From positions 1 through 60,014 of the forward strand of contig RGDC01000002.1 of assembly GCA_009918005.1 (NCBI GenBank): DNA of 60,014 nt. Reading direction: 5' to 3'. Shown here piece by piece: positions 16,559 through 27,290 of this stretch (position 1 is its first letter; every line of letters starts with the position of its first letter). Position numbers and translations under genes: made by a program. The DNA comes from Actinomycetota bacterium (GTDB lineage Bacteria > Actinomycetota > Actinomycetes > S36-B12 > UBA5976). Under the pieces are notes generated by a model. The model was given only the letters and a program-made list of their open reading frames with translations. It was not told the origin of the DNA and ran no database searches.

Positions 16559-18750
16559 TGTCAGCTAGAAGCGTTGAGCTCAGCGTAGGTGGGATGACCT
16601 GCGCTTCTTGCTCACGTCGAGTTGAAAAATCTTTAGAAAAGATTTCGGGTGTTAGAGCATCCGTAAACTATGCAACTGGAGTTGCATTTGCTGATGTGGA
16701 TGCCGAAATTTCCAACGAGGAATTGATTGCAGCAATTGAAAAAACCGGATATACGGCTTCAGTTTCCGGTAAAGCCGTAGAGCTTTATGGCGTACGCGAG
16801 TTTCGAATTAGATTGATTTTCTCGGCGATTTTAACGATCCCGCTAATGACTATTTCTATGATGCCAACTTTGCAATTTTCATATTGGCAATGGGTCTGTG
16901 CGGCAGCAGCCACACCAGTTGCAATCTGGGGTGCATGGCCGTTTCATCGAGCAGCGTTTCTAAATTTGCGCCACCGTGCCGTGACGATGGATTCGTTAGT
17001 AAGCATTGGAGTTTTAGTTTCCTACGTCTGGTCAATGTGGGCCATTCTATTTACTTCAGCTGGCTCAATTGGCATGACAATGAATGCCGAGTTTTTCCTC
17101 GCTAGACATCAATCGGCGCATCCGGACCTATATTTTGAGGTGGCTGCTGGCGTTACAACATTGGTGCTACTCGGAAAATTTTTGGAGCACAGAGCTCGGG
17201 AGCAGTCACAAAAAGCAATTGAAAACTTGGCAAGCTTGAATCCAAAGTTTGCGTTAGTAATTCGAAATGGTGAGCAAATAAAAACTGCAATCGAGGATGT
17301 AAAAGTTGGAGATCTGATTTATGTCCCAGCCGGAAGTCAAATTCCTGTTGATGCAATTGTCATTACTGGATCTGGCCATGTTGATAACTCTTTAGTTACC
17401 GGCGAATCACTTCCAGTAGCGGTAAATGTTGGTGACGATGTAATAGGTGCCACAGTTTTGATTGATACGGCACTTACGATTCAAGCAAAAGCAGTAGGCA
17501 AAGACACTGTACTTTCCGGCATCTCAAGACTTGTCCACCAAGCTCAAACCGGAAAGGCTGAAGTCACACGCATAGTCGATCGGGTTTCTGAGATCTTTGT
17601 GCCAATCGTTGTTGTGCTTGCGCTGTTAACTGCTGGAGCTTGGTTTGCAATCACGGGTGATTCAGGCTTGGCAATCACGACTGGAATCGCAGTACTAGTT
17701 ATTGCTTGCCCATGTGCATTGGGACTTGCTACACCAACTGCACTCTTAGTTGGTACGGGTCGAGGCGCTCAACTCGGAATTCTAATTAGAGGCCCGCTTG
17801 CAATTGAGTCCAGCCAAAAAATCGATGTCATCATTATGGATAAAACTGGAACGCTTACCGATGGACATATGAGTGTTGTTGAAGTCTTCAGCAAGATTGG
17901 GCCAACCGAACTATGGCAAATTGTGGATGCATTAGAAGCGACCTCTACTCACCCGATTGCAACAAGTCTGCGAACTCACTCCCGCAAATTTGAATACAAA
18001 AGTGAAACCGCAATTAAAGTTCACACGATTGGCGGATCTGGTGTGCAAGGAATTGTTGCCGGCCATCCTTGCGCTCTGGGATCACCTAAATGGCTTGGAA
18101 TTCCAGACGGGGAGTTTGCAGAAGCCGTCAACAAGTTCGAATCTCGCGGCGACAGCGTAGTTGTGGTTTATCGAGATGCTTACGCGGTTGCAGTGATTGC
18201 GCTTGCCGATGCACTTGACGTAAGTGCCATTCCAGCCCTGTCGCATTTAGAGAAGCTGAAAATTTCGCCGATCGTGGCTTCGGGTGACAATGAAGTGGCC
18301 GTTAAGAAAATCAGCGACCAACTTTCAATTACAAAATATTTTGCTAATAGTTCGCCAGCTGCCAAACTTGCATTGGTAACCGCTAGCCAAAACGAAGGTC
18401 ACTTTGTTGCCATGATCGGGGATGGCATTAATGATGCGGCCGCATTGGCAAAAGCGCACCTGAGTTTGGCTATGGGAACCGGAGCGGATGTGGCAGCTAG
18501 TGCAGCAGACATTGTGTTACTGCGTTCAACTATGGCAGCAGCTGTTGATGCAATTGAGCTTTCTAGGGCAACAATGCGCACAATTAAAATTAATTTGTTT
18601 TGGGCATTTGCCTATAACGTTGCCGCGATACCTCTGGCGATGTTTGGCTTGCTCGGACCTGTTATTGCCGCCGCCGCTATGGCATTTTCCAGTGTCTTTG
18701 TAGTTACCAACAGTTTGCACCTGCGATCTTTTAAATCAATTACAAGCTAA
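16558..18750 (+). CDS. copA: Copper-translocating P1B-type ATPase
   Basis: 730 aa. N-terminal HMA domain (GMTCASC), TGES, the CPC motif (ACPCALGLATP), DKTGTLT, STHPIA and GDGINDAAAL. Confidence 0.9.
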   Translation: MSARSVELSVGGMTCASCSRRVEKSLEKISGVRASVNYATGVAFADVDAEISNEELIAAIEKTGYTASVSGKAVELYGVREFRIRLIFSAILTIPLMTISMMPTLQFSYWQWVCAAAATPVAIWGAWPFHRAAFLNLRHRAVTMDSLVSIGVLVSYVWSMWAILFTSAGSIGMTMNAEFFLARHQSAHPDLYFEVAAGVTTLVLLGKFLEHRAREQSQKAIENLASLNPKFALVIRNGEQIKTAIEDVKVGDLIYVPAGSQIPVDAIVITGSGHVDNSLVTGESLPVAVNVGDDVIGATVLIDTALTIQAKAVGKDTVLSGISRLVHQAQTGKAEVTRIVDRVSEIFVPIVVVLALLTAGAWFAITGDSGLAITTGIAVLVIACPCALGLATPTALLVGTGRGAQLGILIRGPLAIESSQKIDVIIMDKTGTLTDGHMSVVEVFSKIGPTELWQIVDALEATSTHPIATSLRTHSRKFEYKSETAIKVHTIGGSGVQGIVAGHPCALGSPKWLGIPDGEFAEAVNKFESRGDSVVVVYRDAYAVAVIALADALDVSAIPALSHLEKLKISPIVASGDNEVAVKKISDQLSITKYFANSSPAAKLALVTASQNEGHFVAMIGDGINDAAALAKAHLSLAMGTGADVAASAADIVLLRSTMAAAVDAIELSRATMRTIKINLFWAFAYNVAAIPLAMFGLLGPVIAAAAMAFSSVFVVTNSLHLRSFKSITS

Positions 18751-20240
18751 ACCCAAGTGGGTAGCCACATCCGCAGCTGCCACATCTCGTAACTTATTGA
18801 GTGTCCAGTCAAAATTGGATAAAAGAATGCAGTCAGGGCTGCTGTTACTAATAAGAAAGTTAGGGCTGGCCAGCGCCAGGCAATTGGTTTATCGCTCTTG
18901 ACTCGTTCATTTACAAAGTACAGCGATAGCGCTAAAGCCATAACGGTGTAGGGAATGAATGCTACCGCGTAGAAACTGAAAGTGGTTCGGGCAGGGAAAA
19001 ATAACCAAGGCACCCAGCCAGCTGCAAACGCAACAGCAATCGGTAGTGCTGCACTGTGACGGCGGGCAACTGCAAAGTAGACCATGACTGCGATGGCGAT
19101 GACACCAGTCCACCAAATTAGTGGGTTACCAAGAGGAATTACTTCTTGTGAACAAGCGTCAGCACCGCAAGTTGGATTTGTTTCATAGAAAAAACTTGTT
19201 GGCCTGATCATCAACGGCCAGGACCAAGGATTTGAAGCGTAACTGTGTGGGGTAACTAAATGGGTATGGAAGCTCAGCATGTCTTTGTGATAGTGAAGCA
19301 GACTCACTAATGAATTAGGAAGCCAGGATGTTACAGCGTTTTCTTCCGCCCAGTTACGATTCCAGCCGCCAGAACTTCGAAACCAACCAACCCAGCTCGC
19401 TAGGTAAATTGCAATTATGGTGAGAGGCATCAAGAGTGCGGGCAAGAAATCCCGAGTTAACCAAATCCCAAATCCCTCATGGTTCTTGCTTCGGCGTTCG
19501 TAATCCCAAACCAACATCAGAATTCCAAAAGCAGCAGCAAAATAAATTCCACTCCATTTTGTTGCGCAAGCCAAACCAAGCGCAACGACCATAGCCCAAC
19601 GCCATATTTTGGAACCGGTGGAACTTGCAGTGTCTCTATCAATAATCAAAAAGCCAAACGCACAAAGTGCAAAGAATGACAAGGAAGTGTCAAGTAATGC
19701 GGTGCGACTCATTGCAATGTGTAAGCCATCAAGGGCTAGCAATAGTCCAGCGATAGTACCAATGAAGTTTGAGTTGGTAAGTCTGCGAGCAATTCGTGCA
19801 GTTATCAAAACGCTCAAAATACCTAAAATCGCAATTGCGATTCGCCAACCAAATGGAGTTGCTCCAAAAATCGCCTCACCGCTTGCAATAATCCACTTAC
19901 CAACTGGCGGATGCACAATGTATGACGCACCATCTGTGAAAATCGCTGAGAAGTTTTCACCACCACTAGCCAATAACTTTGCGTCAGCACCTTCAATTAC
20001 TTTTTGTTCATGTCCAAAAGTTAATAGTGCAAGCGAATCCTTAACGTAATAAGTTTCATCAAAAATTATTGCGTGTGGCTGACCTAAATAAGGCAGGCGC
20101 AATAAGGCTGCTATTCCAGTCGCCGCTAGCGGACCAAGCCAACCAGCCCAACCGCCTGCAGGCTTTGATTTTAAATCCAAATCGAATGGAGTGCGCTTAG
20201 ATTGGACTTGATCTCCATCGGTTGCTTCAGTTATCTCCAC
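18747..20240 (-). CDS. pmt: Protein O-mannosyltransferase (PMT family, Rv1002c-like)
   Basis: 497 aa polytopic protein. It has an early DE motif (IFDETYYVKD) and is divergent from rsmI, as in mycobacteria. Confidence 0.8.
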   Translation of the reverse strand: MEITEATDGDQVQSKRTPFDLDLKSKPAGGWAGWLGPLAATGIAALLRLPYLGQPHAIIFDETYYVKDSLALLTFGHEQKVIEGADAKLLASGGENFSAIFTDGASYIVHPPVGKWIIASGEAIFGATPFGWRIAIAILGILSVLITARIARRLTNSNFIGTIAGLLLALDGLHIAMSRTALLDTSLSFFALCAFGFLIIDRDTASSTGSKIWRWAMVVALGLACATKWSGIYFAAAFGILMLVWDYERRSKNHEGFGIWLTRDFLPALLMPLTIIAIYLASWVGWFRSSGGWNRNWAEENAVTSWLPNSLVSLLHYHKDMLSFHTHLVTPHSYASNPWSWPLMIRPTSFFYETNPTCGADACSQEVIPLGNPLIWWTGVIAIAVMVYFAVARRHSAALPIAVAFAAGWVPWLFFPARTTFSFYAVAFIPYTVMALALSLYFVNERVKSDKPIAWRWPALTFLLVTAALTAFFYPILTGHSISYEMWQLRMWLPTWV

Positions 20241-20314
20241 TGCTTAAAAGTACAGGAGTTGATCTGGTTTCGGGAATGATTCAAGACTTCTGAGATTTAG
20301 GAGATGATAGGGGA

Positions 20315-21160
20315 ATGTCAGGTCAACTTTTTCTTGCCGCTACGCCAATTGGAAATATTGGTGATGCCTCAGCACGACTTCGGGAAATTCTGACCACTGC
20401 GAATGTGATTGCCGCCGAAGATTCTAGACGAGCACATCGGTTGCTATCTGATTTGGGCATCACAACTGGGGCGCAAATTTGGTCGTTTTACGATGCTGTA
20501 GAAGAGGCCAAGAGTCCCGAGCTAATCAGTCGAGTGATCTCTGGCGAAACGGTTGTTATGATTTCGGACGCTGGAATGCCAAGTGTTAGTGATCCAGGTT
20601 ATCGCTTGGTGCAAGAAGCCATTGCTCAGAATGTTAAAGTTTCGGTGATTCCGGGACCATCAGCAGTTCTTGCTGCCCTTGCAGTGAGCGGACTTCCCGT
20701 TGATCGGTTTTCATTTGAAGGTTTCTTGCCGAGAAAATCTGGGGAGCGCCGCTCACTTTGTGAATCCTTATTACATGAACAACGAACTATGGTCTTCTTT
20801 GAAGCCCCACACCGCTTGGTTGAATCATTAGTCGACTTAGAGGCAGTTTTTGGTTCCGATCGACAAGGTGTAATTTGCCGAGAACTAACCAAGACTTATG
20901 AGGAAGTTATTCGGGGAAACTTGGCAGAACTAGTTGCTTGGAGTAACCGCGAGATTCTTGGGGAAATCACGCTAGTCATTTCTGGTGCCCAACCATTACC
21001 TGAAACTACTGCTCAAGATTGGGTTGGTTTGGTAGCAACTCGAGTTGAAGTTGGTGAGACTCAACGTGATGCGATTGCTTCGGTAGCTCGAGAGTTGGGC
21101 GTTCCAAAGCGAGATGTTTATGACGCGGTCCTTGCTGCTCAACGTGAGCGAAAAAGTTAA
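20315..21160 (+). CDS. rsmI: 16S rRNA (cytidine1402-2'-O)-methyltransferase RsmI
   Basis: LFLAATPIGNIGDAS, AEDSRR, SDAGMPSVSDPG and FFEAPHR motifs. 281 aa. Confidence 0.9.
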   Translation: MSGQLFLAATPIGNIGDASARLREILTTANVIAAEDSRRAHRLLSDLGITTGAQIWSFYDAVEEAKSPELISRVISGETVVMISDAGMPSVSDPGYRLVQEAIAQNVKVSVIPGPSAVLAALAVSGLPVDRFSFEGFLPRKSGERRSLCESLLHEQRTMVFFEAPHRLVESLVDLEAVFGSDRQGVICRELTKTYEEVIRGNLAELVAWSNREILGEITLVISGAQPLPETTAQDWVGLVATRVEVGETQRDAIASVARELGVPKRDVYDAVLAAQRERKS

Positions 21161-21185
21161 TCCGGTTTCGCTCTAGACTTAATGC

Positions 21186-22775
21186 ATGACCAGTAGCAAA
21201 GCGTTTTACTTAACGACGCCTATTTATTACGTGAATGATGCCCCTCACATTGGACATGCTTATACAACTGTTGCTGGTGACGTCATGACACGTTGGCATC
21301 GGATGGCTGGTGAAAATGTCTGGTTCTTGACTGGAACGGACGAACATGGTCAAAAAGTTTTACGCACTGCCGAAGCAAATGGTGTTGCTCCGCAAGCTTG
21401 GGCAGACAAGTTAGTATCTGACGCATGGTTACCAGTTCTTGATGTAATTGATGCATCCAATGATGACTTCATTCGCACTACTCAAGAACGCCACACAAAA
21501 CGAGTTCAAAGATTCTTGTCTCAGCTTAAAGATGCTGGTCATATTTATGAAGGTGCTTACGAGGGTCCATATTGCGTCGGCTGTGAAGAATTCAAACTTC
21601 CGGGCGACTTGCTTGATGGTGAAGGAGAAGAAAAACTTTGCCCGATTCATTCCAAGTCAGTTGAACAAGTCAGTGAAACAAATTACTTTTTTAAGCTTTC
21701 GGCATATGCAGATGCTTTGATCAAGCATTACGAAGCTAATCCCCAAGCGATTCGACCAGAGTCTGCATACAACGAAGTGATGTCGTTCTTACGCTCAGGA
21801 CTACAGGATTTATCAATTTCGCGCTCCACGTTCGATTGGGGTATTGAAGTTCCTTGGGATCCTTCACAGGTTGTTTACGTTTGGTTTGATGCACTTCTTA
21901 ATTACGCAACAGCAGTTGGCCTAGGAGATGAACCTGGCAGCGAAGGTGCTAAGAAGTTCGCCGAAACTTGGCCGGCAGATGTGCACTTGGTTGGTAAAGA
22001 CATCCTGCGTTTCCACGCAGTGATTTGGCCAGCAATGTTGATGGCTGCTGAACTACCACTCCCTAAGTGCGTGTTTGCGCACGGCTGGTTGCTAGTTGGT
22101 GGCGAAAAGATGAGTAAGAGTAAGCTCACTGGAATCTCGCCGCAAAGCATTGTGGATTTAATTGGTTCTGATGCATTTCGGTATTACTTCATGAGGGCGA
22201 TTATCTTTGGCCAAGATGGATCCTTCTCTTGGGAAGATTTGGTTGCACGTTATACCTCCGAATTAGCAAATGGACTTGGCAATTTAGCAAGTCGAGTGCA
22301 GGCGATGGTAGTTAAGAATTTTGATGGTTTACTGCCAGCGCCAGGAGAACTCACTGCTTCTGAAAAAGTTCTTACTGATCTGTTGGCAAAAACTTCAACT
22401 CAGGCGGACGCGTCCATTCGAGCTTTTGATTTTCAAACGGGAATCGTTGCAGTCAAGGAATTTATCGATGCCGTCAATCTGTATGTAACTGAGCAAGAAC
22501 CTTGGACTCTGGCGAAGAAAGAAAATCCAGATAACCGCCTCCGTTTAGCCACAATCCTGTACACAGTTTGTGAATCGTTGCGAGCTATTTCGATCTTGTA
22601 CTCGCCGATAATGCCAAAGAGTATGGGTTCCCTCTGGAGTGACATTGGTGCCGCTGAATCTGGCAACGGACAAACATTTGCTGATGTGGCAACTTGGGGC
22701 CAACTAAAGCCGGGTGTAAAAATCACAAAAAGTGAATCAATGTTTCCCAGAATCGAAGAACCAGAAGCTATTTAG
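21186..22775 (+). CDS. metG: Methionine--tRNA ligase
   Basis: HIGH region (APHIGHAYT), zinc knuckle CVGCEEF...CPIH, and KMSKS. 529 aa, the short MetRS form. Confidence 0.92.
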   Translation: MTSSKAFYLTTPIYYVNDAPHIGHAYTTVAGDVMTRWHRMAGENVWFLTGTDEHGQKVLRTAEANGVAPQAWADKLVSDAWLPVLDVIDASNDDFIRTTQERHTKRVQRFLSQLKDAGHIYEGAYEGPYCVGCEEFKLPGDLLDGEGEEKLCPIHSKSVEQVSETNYFFKLSAYADALIKHYEANPQAIRPESAYNEVMSFLRSGLQDLSISRSTFDWGIEVPWDPSQVVYVWFDALLNYATAVGLGDEPGSEGAKKFAETWPADVHLVGKDILRFHAVIWPAMLMAAELPLPKCVFAHGWLLVGGEKMSKSKLTGISPQSIVDLIGSDAFRYYFMRAIIFGQDGSFSWEDLVARYTSELANGLGNLASRVQAMVVKNFDGLLPAPGELTASEKVLTDLLAKTSTQADASIRAFDFQTGIVAVKEFIDAVNLYVTEQEPWTLAKKENPDNRLRLATILYTVCESLRAISILYSPIMPKSMGSLWSDIGAAESGNGQTFADVATWGQLKPGVKITKSESMFPRIEEPEAI

Positions 22776-22784
22776 GTCACAAAC

Positions 22785-24614
22785 TTAAGGGCCGTGAAGT
22801 GTGTCACTTATTAAGTTTCCGAATACCTCACCACCGGTTTTGGTTAAGTGAACACCGTCAGGTGCAAAATACTTTTTGTGTCCTTTAGATACTGCATTCC
22901 AATCAGCAAGCCGAGCATTTGGATATTGCGCGACTAACTTTGCAATCATCTTGTTTGTTGGCTTCATCCAAACTCGCGGCACTTGAACATTGACAACAAC
23001 AACTCGATTGCGATCGCTAAGTTCTTCCAAAATTGGCTTCAAATCCGCTTCTCGGACAATTCCATTTGTGCCCATGTGGATGACGACGTTAGGACCCAAA
23101 CGCGATTCCTCACGCCTGGCCCTAATCCGATCAGCAATCACAGCAGGTTGACGACTTACCGCCGCATCAATTGAAATTTTTCCAAATATTTTTCGAAGGC
23201 TCTCTCTGGCACTTAGAACTACTGAATCTCCAAAGACAACTGGAGCAACATTGTTTTGAATTTCTTGCTGAAGTTGCTTTGCCTGCTGAGCACTGATCGT
23301 TGGAGTAACTTCAGGCGCAACAATCGGTGTCGCTATGTCTACTGGATCTTCATCAATTGCAGTGATGCCACCAATTCCAGTTAAATTTCCAGCATCTGGA
23401 GTTGGTGCTCGATACATCCCCATCAAACTTGCTGACAATACAAAAACTGTCACTGCCGTGGCAAGTAGAGTCTGCGGCCTTGGCCTGGGAACTCCAGCAG
23501 CTCGCCATACCGCTAATCGATAACCAATAGCGCCGTTTCGAATTGGCATTTCAACAAAGCGATATGACAAATTGGCAACAGCTAAAACAATGGCAATCTT
23601 GATGGTGAACGCTATTGAGTCAGGCCACTGAATATCAATGCCCGAACGCATTAAGACAAAAATCGGCCAGTGCCACAAATAAATTCCATAAGATCTGTCA
23701 CCAAACCACTTAAGTATCGGATTACCCAGTAGTGCGCCAAACTTTAATCCTGGATGCGCGGCAAGCATCACTAGAGTCGCGGTCAAGATAGATAAGACTA
23801 GAAAGCCACCGCGATATAAAAATTCATTTAACTCGCTAACAAATACGAAGAAATACAATAAGCCAGAGATGCTAAGCAGACCCAAGGCATTCATCGCTGT
23901 TGCTCTATCTGGAGTTAAGCGCTGATTAAGTCGTTCTGATCGCCAAAGTGCAGCGGCAGCGCAACCAACCAGTAACCCCATGGCGTGAGTATCAGTTCCA
24001 AAATAGACGCGGCTGGGATCATTTGGGATTGGAAAACCGTTTGTAATCGAAAGGTGAATCATCCACGCAGTAGATGCAAGAGCCAGAATGGCTGAAGCCG
24101 TAAAAATCTTTATTCGTGGGGAAATTTTCCCAATCTTTAATTTGTAAAGTCCAGCCAACATGATCGGCCAAATCACATAGAACTGCTCTTCTACTGAAAG
24201 TGACCAAAGGTGTTGAAGGAGGGGTGGGCGAGAGATGTTTACAAAGTAAGACTGTTCGAAAAATAAGTATGACCAATTCAAAACAAATGTGATTGCCCAA
24301 GGCAAATCTCGACGAACATGGTAGGCAGCATCAAGAACAAACAACCCAGAGACCAAAACGCTAAAAAATAGCACCAAGAAAAGCGCCGGCATCAATCGGC
24401 GTATGCGTCGCATGTAGAACTGAGCTCGATCTACTTTGTTAGTTCGGGTGAGTTCTTCGATTAACAGTGAAGTAATGAGAAATCCCGATAAAACGAAGAA
24501 AACATCGACGCCAAGGAATCCACCGACAAGAAGTGAGACATCTGCGTGGTAGATGATGACGGCCAGAACGGCGATGCCGCGTAAGCCATCAAGTCCTGGA
24601 AGTCTACGATTCAC
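22785..24614 (-). CDS. Acyltransferase-3 family membrane protein with C-terminal SGNH-like domain (OafA-like)
   Basis: 609 aa. N-terminal LDGLRGIAVL..H, about 10 TMs, and a C-terminal soluble domain with FGDSV...DGVHLT. Confidence 0.8.
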   Translation of the reverse strand: MNRRLPGLDGLRGIAVLAVIIYHADVSLLVGGFLGVDVFFVLSGFLITSLLIEELTRTNKVDRAQFYMRRIRRLMPALFLVLFFSVLVSGLFVLDAAYHVRRDLPWAITFVLNWSYLFFEQSYFVNISRPPLLQHLWSLSVEEQFYVIWPIMLAGLYKLKIGKISPRIKIFTASAILALASTAWMIHLSITNGFPIPNDPSRVYFGTDTHAMGLLVGCAAAALWRSERLNQRLTPDRATAMNALGLLSISGLLYFFVFVSELNEFLYRGGFLVLSILTATLVMLAAHPGLKFGALLGNPILKWFGDRSYGIYLWHWPIFVLMRSGIDIQWPDSIAFTIKIAIVLAVANLSYRFVEMPIRNGAIGYRLAVWRAAGVPRPRPQTLLATAVTVFVLSASLMGMYRAPTPDAGNLTGIGGITAIDEDPVDIATPIVAPEVTPTISAQQAKQLQQEIQNNVAPVVFGDSVVLSARESLRKIFGKISIDAAVSRQPAVIADRIRARREESRLGPNVVIHMGTNGIVREADLKPILEELSDRNRVVVVNVQVPRVWMKPTNKMIAKLVAQYPNARLADWNAVSKGHKKYFAPDGVHLTKTGGEVFGNLISDTLHGP

Positions 24615-24699
24615 GTATTTCCCTTTGTAATTAAATTGGGCAACCCCGTTTCTGCCCTGTAACCAGACTAGGTTATCGAGTCGTCGGTAACGTATAGGA

Positions 24700-25521
24700 G
24701 TGAGTGCATTTAAGTTTCCGTTATCTTTGGCTGGTCCAGTAGTTGATACTCACTGCCACATGGATGTCAGTTTTGATGATGAATTTATTTTGCCTGATGT
24801 AAATGAAGCGATGTCGGCAGCTAAATCTGTAAATGTCACGAAAGTCATTCAAGTTGGGTGTGATGTAGCTAGTTCTAGGTGGGCTGCGAAGACGGCATTG
24901 GAGCACCCCGATGTTTGGGCAACTGTGGCTTTGCACCCTAATGCCGCAGCTCATGATCCTGATTTAGAGAACTCGCTAATAGCCATCGCAGAACTGGCAC
25001 AGCTACCGCAAGTGCGCGGAATTGGTGAAACTGGATTGGATTATTACCGAACTGAGGAATCTCAGGCCGCTGCCCAACATGTTTCGTTTCGTGCGCACAT
25101 CGATATTGCACGAGATGCTAAAAAGCCAGTCATAATTCACGATCGTGATGCACATAGTGATGTAATCGAAACCTTAGAGACTTATGGCGCTCCCGATACC
25201 GTCGTTTTTCACTGTTTCTCTGGGGATGCCGAAATGGCAAAAGTGTGTGCTCAAGCTGGCTGGTACATGTCTATTCCTGGGGTCGTTACTTTCAAGAATG
25301 CTCAACAATTACGTGACGCAGTTCTACAAATCCCTGACCACTTACTCCTAGTTGAAACTGACTCACCATTTTTAACGCCAGCTCCTAACCGCGGCTTGGC
25401 AAATGCCTCAACTAACATCCCATGGACAGTTCGGGCAATTTGTGAGGTTCGAGGGCAATCTGAGAAAGAAATTTGTGAACTTCTTTTTTCAAATGCTGCA
25501 AGGGTTTTTGGACCTTTTTGA
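24700..25521 (+). CDS. tatD: TatD family metal-dependent hydrolase
   Basis: VDTHCHMD, GETGLDYYR, IHDRDAH, HCFSG and VETDSPFL motifs. The exact start is uncertain (GTG 24700 or TTG 24727). Confidence 0.85.
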   Translation: MSAFKFPLSLAGPVVDTHCHMDVSFDDEFILPDVNEAMSAAKSVNVTKVIQVGCDVASSRWAAKTALEHPDVWATVALHPNAAAHDPDLENSLIAIAELAQLPQVRGIGETGLDYYRTEESQAAAQHVSFRAHIDIARDAKKPVIIHDRDAHSDVIETLETYGAPDTVVFHCFSGDAEMAKVCAQAGWYMSIPGVVTFKNAQQLRDAVLQIPDHLLLVETDSPFLTPAPNRGLANASTNIPWTVRAICEVRGQSEKEICELLFSNAARVFGPF

Positions 25522-25616
25522 CAAATCTGAACTTGCCTTTACGGGGGAGGTTCAAGATAACGTGGAGTTTCTGCTCAATTTACTCAGTACTCAAACCGAA
25601 ACAAAGCGGGGAAGTT

Positions 25617-26420
25617 ATGACACAACGTGGTCGCCATCGTGCGCCTGGTCGTCATGCGCGCCCAAAAAGTCGTAATGTTCCGCTCACTTCTGCGATAGTC
25701 GCGGGTGCTGCCGTATTGCTAACTGGTGGAATAACTGCTGCCAATAGCCGTGAACAAGCACCGCCGTATGTTGATGCGGCCGCATTGGTTATTGAGTCGA
25801 CCGTTTCACCCGACATCAGAGACCACGATGTAACTAATGCAATAGTTACTGAAAAGTCGGCGATTGATTTCACTAGTGCTGTAACCGAGGATCCAGGTAT
25901 TGCTGCCGGAACTGAAATTGTAAAGAAGCCTGGAAAGAAAGGCTTAGCCGAAATCACTTACAAAGTTAAGTCGATTGACGGCAAAGAAGTTTCCCGCATT
26001 GAAATAAGTCGAGTCGTATCCAAAGAACCAGTCGAAGCAGTCGTGTTGCGTGGTACAGGTGATCCAGGTGCGATTGCAGTCGCTCTAGCAACAGCTGAAG
26101 ATAAAACTGGAACAAAGTCTGGAAACAAGGAATATGCAAAACTTTGGATTAACCAAAAGTATGGCTGGGGAGACCAGCAGTTCACTTGTCTAGAAACTTT
26201 ATGGTTTAAAGAAAGCAACTGGAATCATAAAGCTACAAATTCAACTTCGGGTGCATACGGAATTCCACAGAGTTTGCCAGGTCGAAAGATGGCAACATTT
26301 GGGGATGATTGGAAAACGAATCCAGCAACCCAAATCAAATGGGGCGCAAACTACATCGACGATCGATATGACACTCCTTGTGGCGCGTTAGATTTCTTTT
26401 ACGCCCACAACTGGTACTAA
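25617..26420 (+). CDS. Secreted G5-domain protein with C-terminal lysozyme-like transglycosylase domain (rpfB position)
   Basis: Internal ATG 25617 (MTQRGRHRAP...) is preceded by a GGGGA SD and followed by a TM/signal anchor. It has a G5-like block (KKPGKKGLAEITYKVKSIDGKEV) and the C-terminal motifs WFKESNWNHKA and SGAYGIPQSLPG. Confidence 0.7.
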   Translation: MTQRGRHRAPGRHARPKSRNVPLTSAIVAGAAVLLTGGITAANSREQAPPYVDAAALVIESTVSPDIRDHDVTNAIVTEKSAIDFTSAVTEDPGIAAGTEIVKKPGKKGLAEITYKVKSIDGKEVSRIEISRVVSKEPVEAVVLRGTGDPGAIAVALATAEDKTGTKSGNKEYAKLWINQKYGWGDQQFTCLETLWFKESNWNHKATNSTSGAYGIPQSLPGRKMATFGDDWKTNPATQIKWGANYIDDRYDTPCGALDFFYAHNWY

Positions 26421-26431
26421 AAATATTTTAG

Positions 26432-27286
26432 ATGTCTGAATCAACACTGCTCGGTGCGACTGAGATTCGCGCATTAGCAGAATCGTTAAGTGCTAAGCCC
26501 ACAAAAAAGTTGGGACAAAACTTTGTTATCGACCCAAACACGGTTCGGCGTATCGTTGCTCAGGCACATGTAAGCAGTGAAGATGTAGTTGTAGAAATTG
26601 GTCCAGGACTGGGGTCTCTCACTTTGGCCCTTCTTCCCAATGTGGCAAAAGTCCTCGCCGTTGAAATTGATCCAGTTCTATCAACTGCTCTACCTGCAAC
26701 AATCTCGAAGCACGCACCAAACTTGAAAGAGAATTTAATCGTTATCAACGCAGATGCAATGCGGATTGATGAACTACCTATAAATCCAACCCATTTGGTT
26801 GCGAATCTCCCGTATAACGTTTCAGTACCAGTGGTGTTGCATTTCCTAGAAACCTTTCCGTCACTCAAAGAAATTTTGGTCATGGTTCAGGCTGAAGTTG
26901 CCGACCGAATGGCAGCTGGACCAGGCAGCAAAATTTATGGAGTACCAAGTGTCAAGATGGCTTGGTATGGGGATGTAACTAAAGCAGGGTCTGTTGGCCG
27001 CAACGTTTTTTGGCCAGCGCCAAACGTAGATTCTGGTTTGGTGCGATTAGTCCGAAAAGATCGGGAATTTGATCCACAGTTACGCGAACTTACTTTTGCA
27101 ATTGTTGATGCTGCCTTCGGACAGCGACGCAAAACCCTTCGGACTGCGCTAGGTAGCGTCCTTGGTTCGCCGCAAACCGTGGAAAGTATTTTGCAAGATA
27201 CCGGAATTGATTCTGGGTTAAGAGGCGAGCAGTTGAGTTTGAAAGACTTTGTGGCTATCGCAAAGCAAGCCAAGAAAGTAACCTAA
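26432..27286 (+). CDS. rsmA: 16S rRNA (adenine1518/1519-N6)-dimethyltransferase
   Basis: KKLGQNF, the SAM motif [10 protein letters not shown], and NLPYNVS. 284 aa. Confidence 0.9.
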   Translation: MSESTLLGATEIRALAESLSAKPTKKLGQNFVIDPNTVRRIVAQAHVSSEDVVVEIGPGLGSLTLALLPNVAKVLAVEIDPVLSTALPATISKHAPNLKENLIVINADAMRIDELPINPTHLVANLPYNVSVPVVLHFLETFPSLKEILVMVQAEVADRMAAGPGSKIYGVPSVKMAWYGDVTKAGSVGRNVFWPAPNVDSGLVRLVRKDREFDPQLRELTFAIVDAAFGQRRKTLRTALGSVLGSPQTVESILQDTGIDSGLRGEQLSLKDFVAIAKQAKKVT

Positions 27287-27290
27287 GTTC

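Noticed and set aside
25480-25616. ydaO/c-di-AMP riboswitch upstream of the cell-wall hydrolase gene.
   Set aside because: acgggggag and ccgaaac fragments are present. The conserved CAGCUAACCUCGUA-type 3' core and the pseudo-symmetric architecture are absent.
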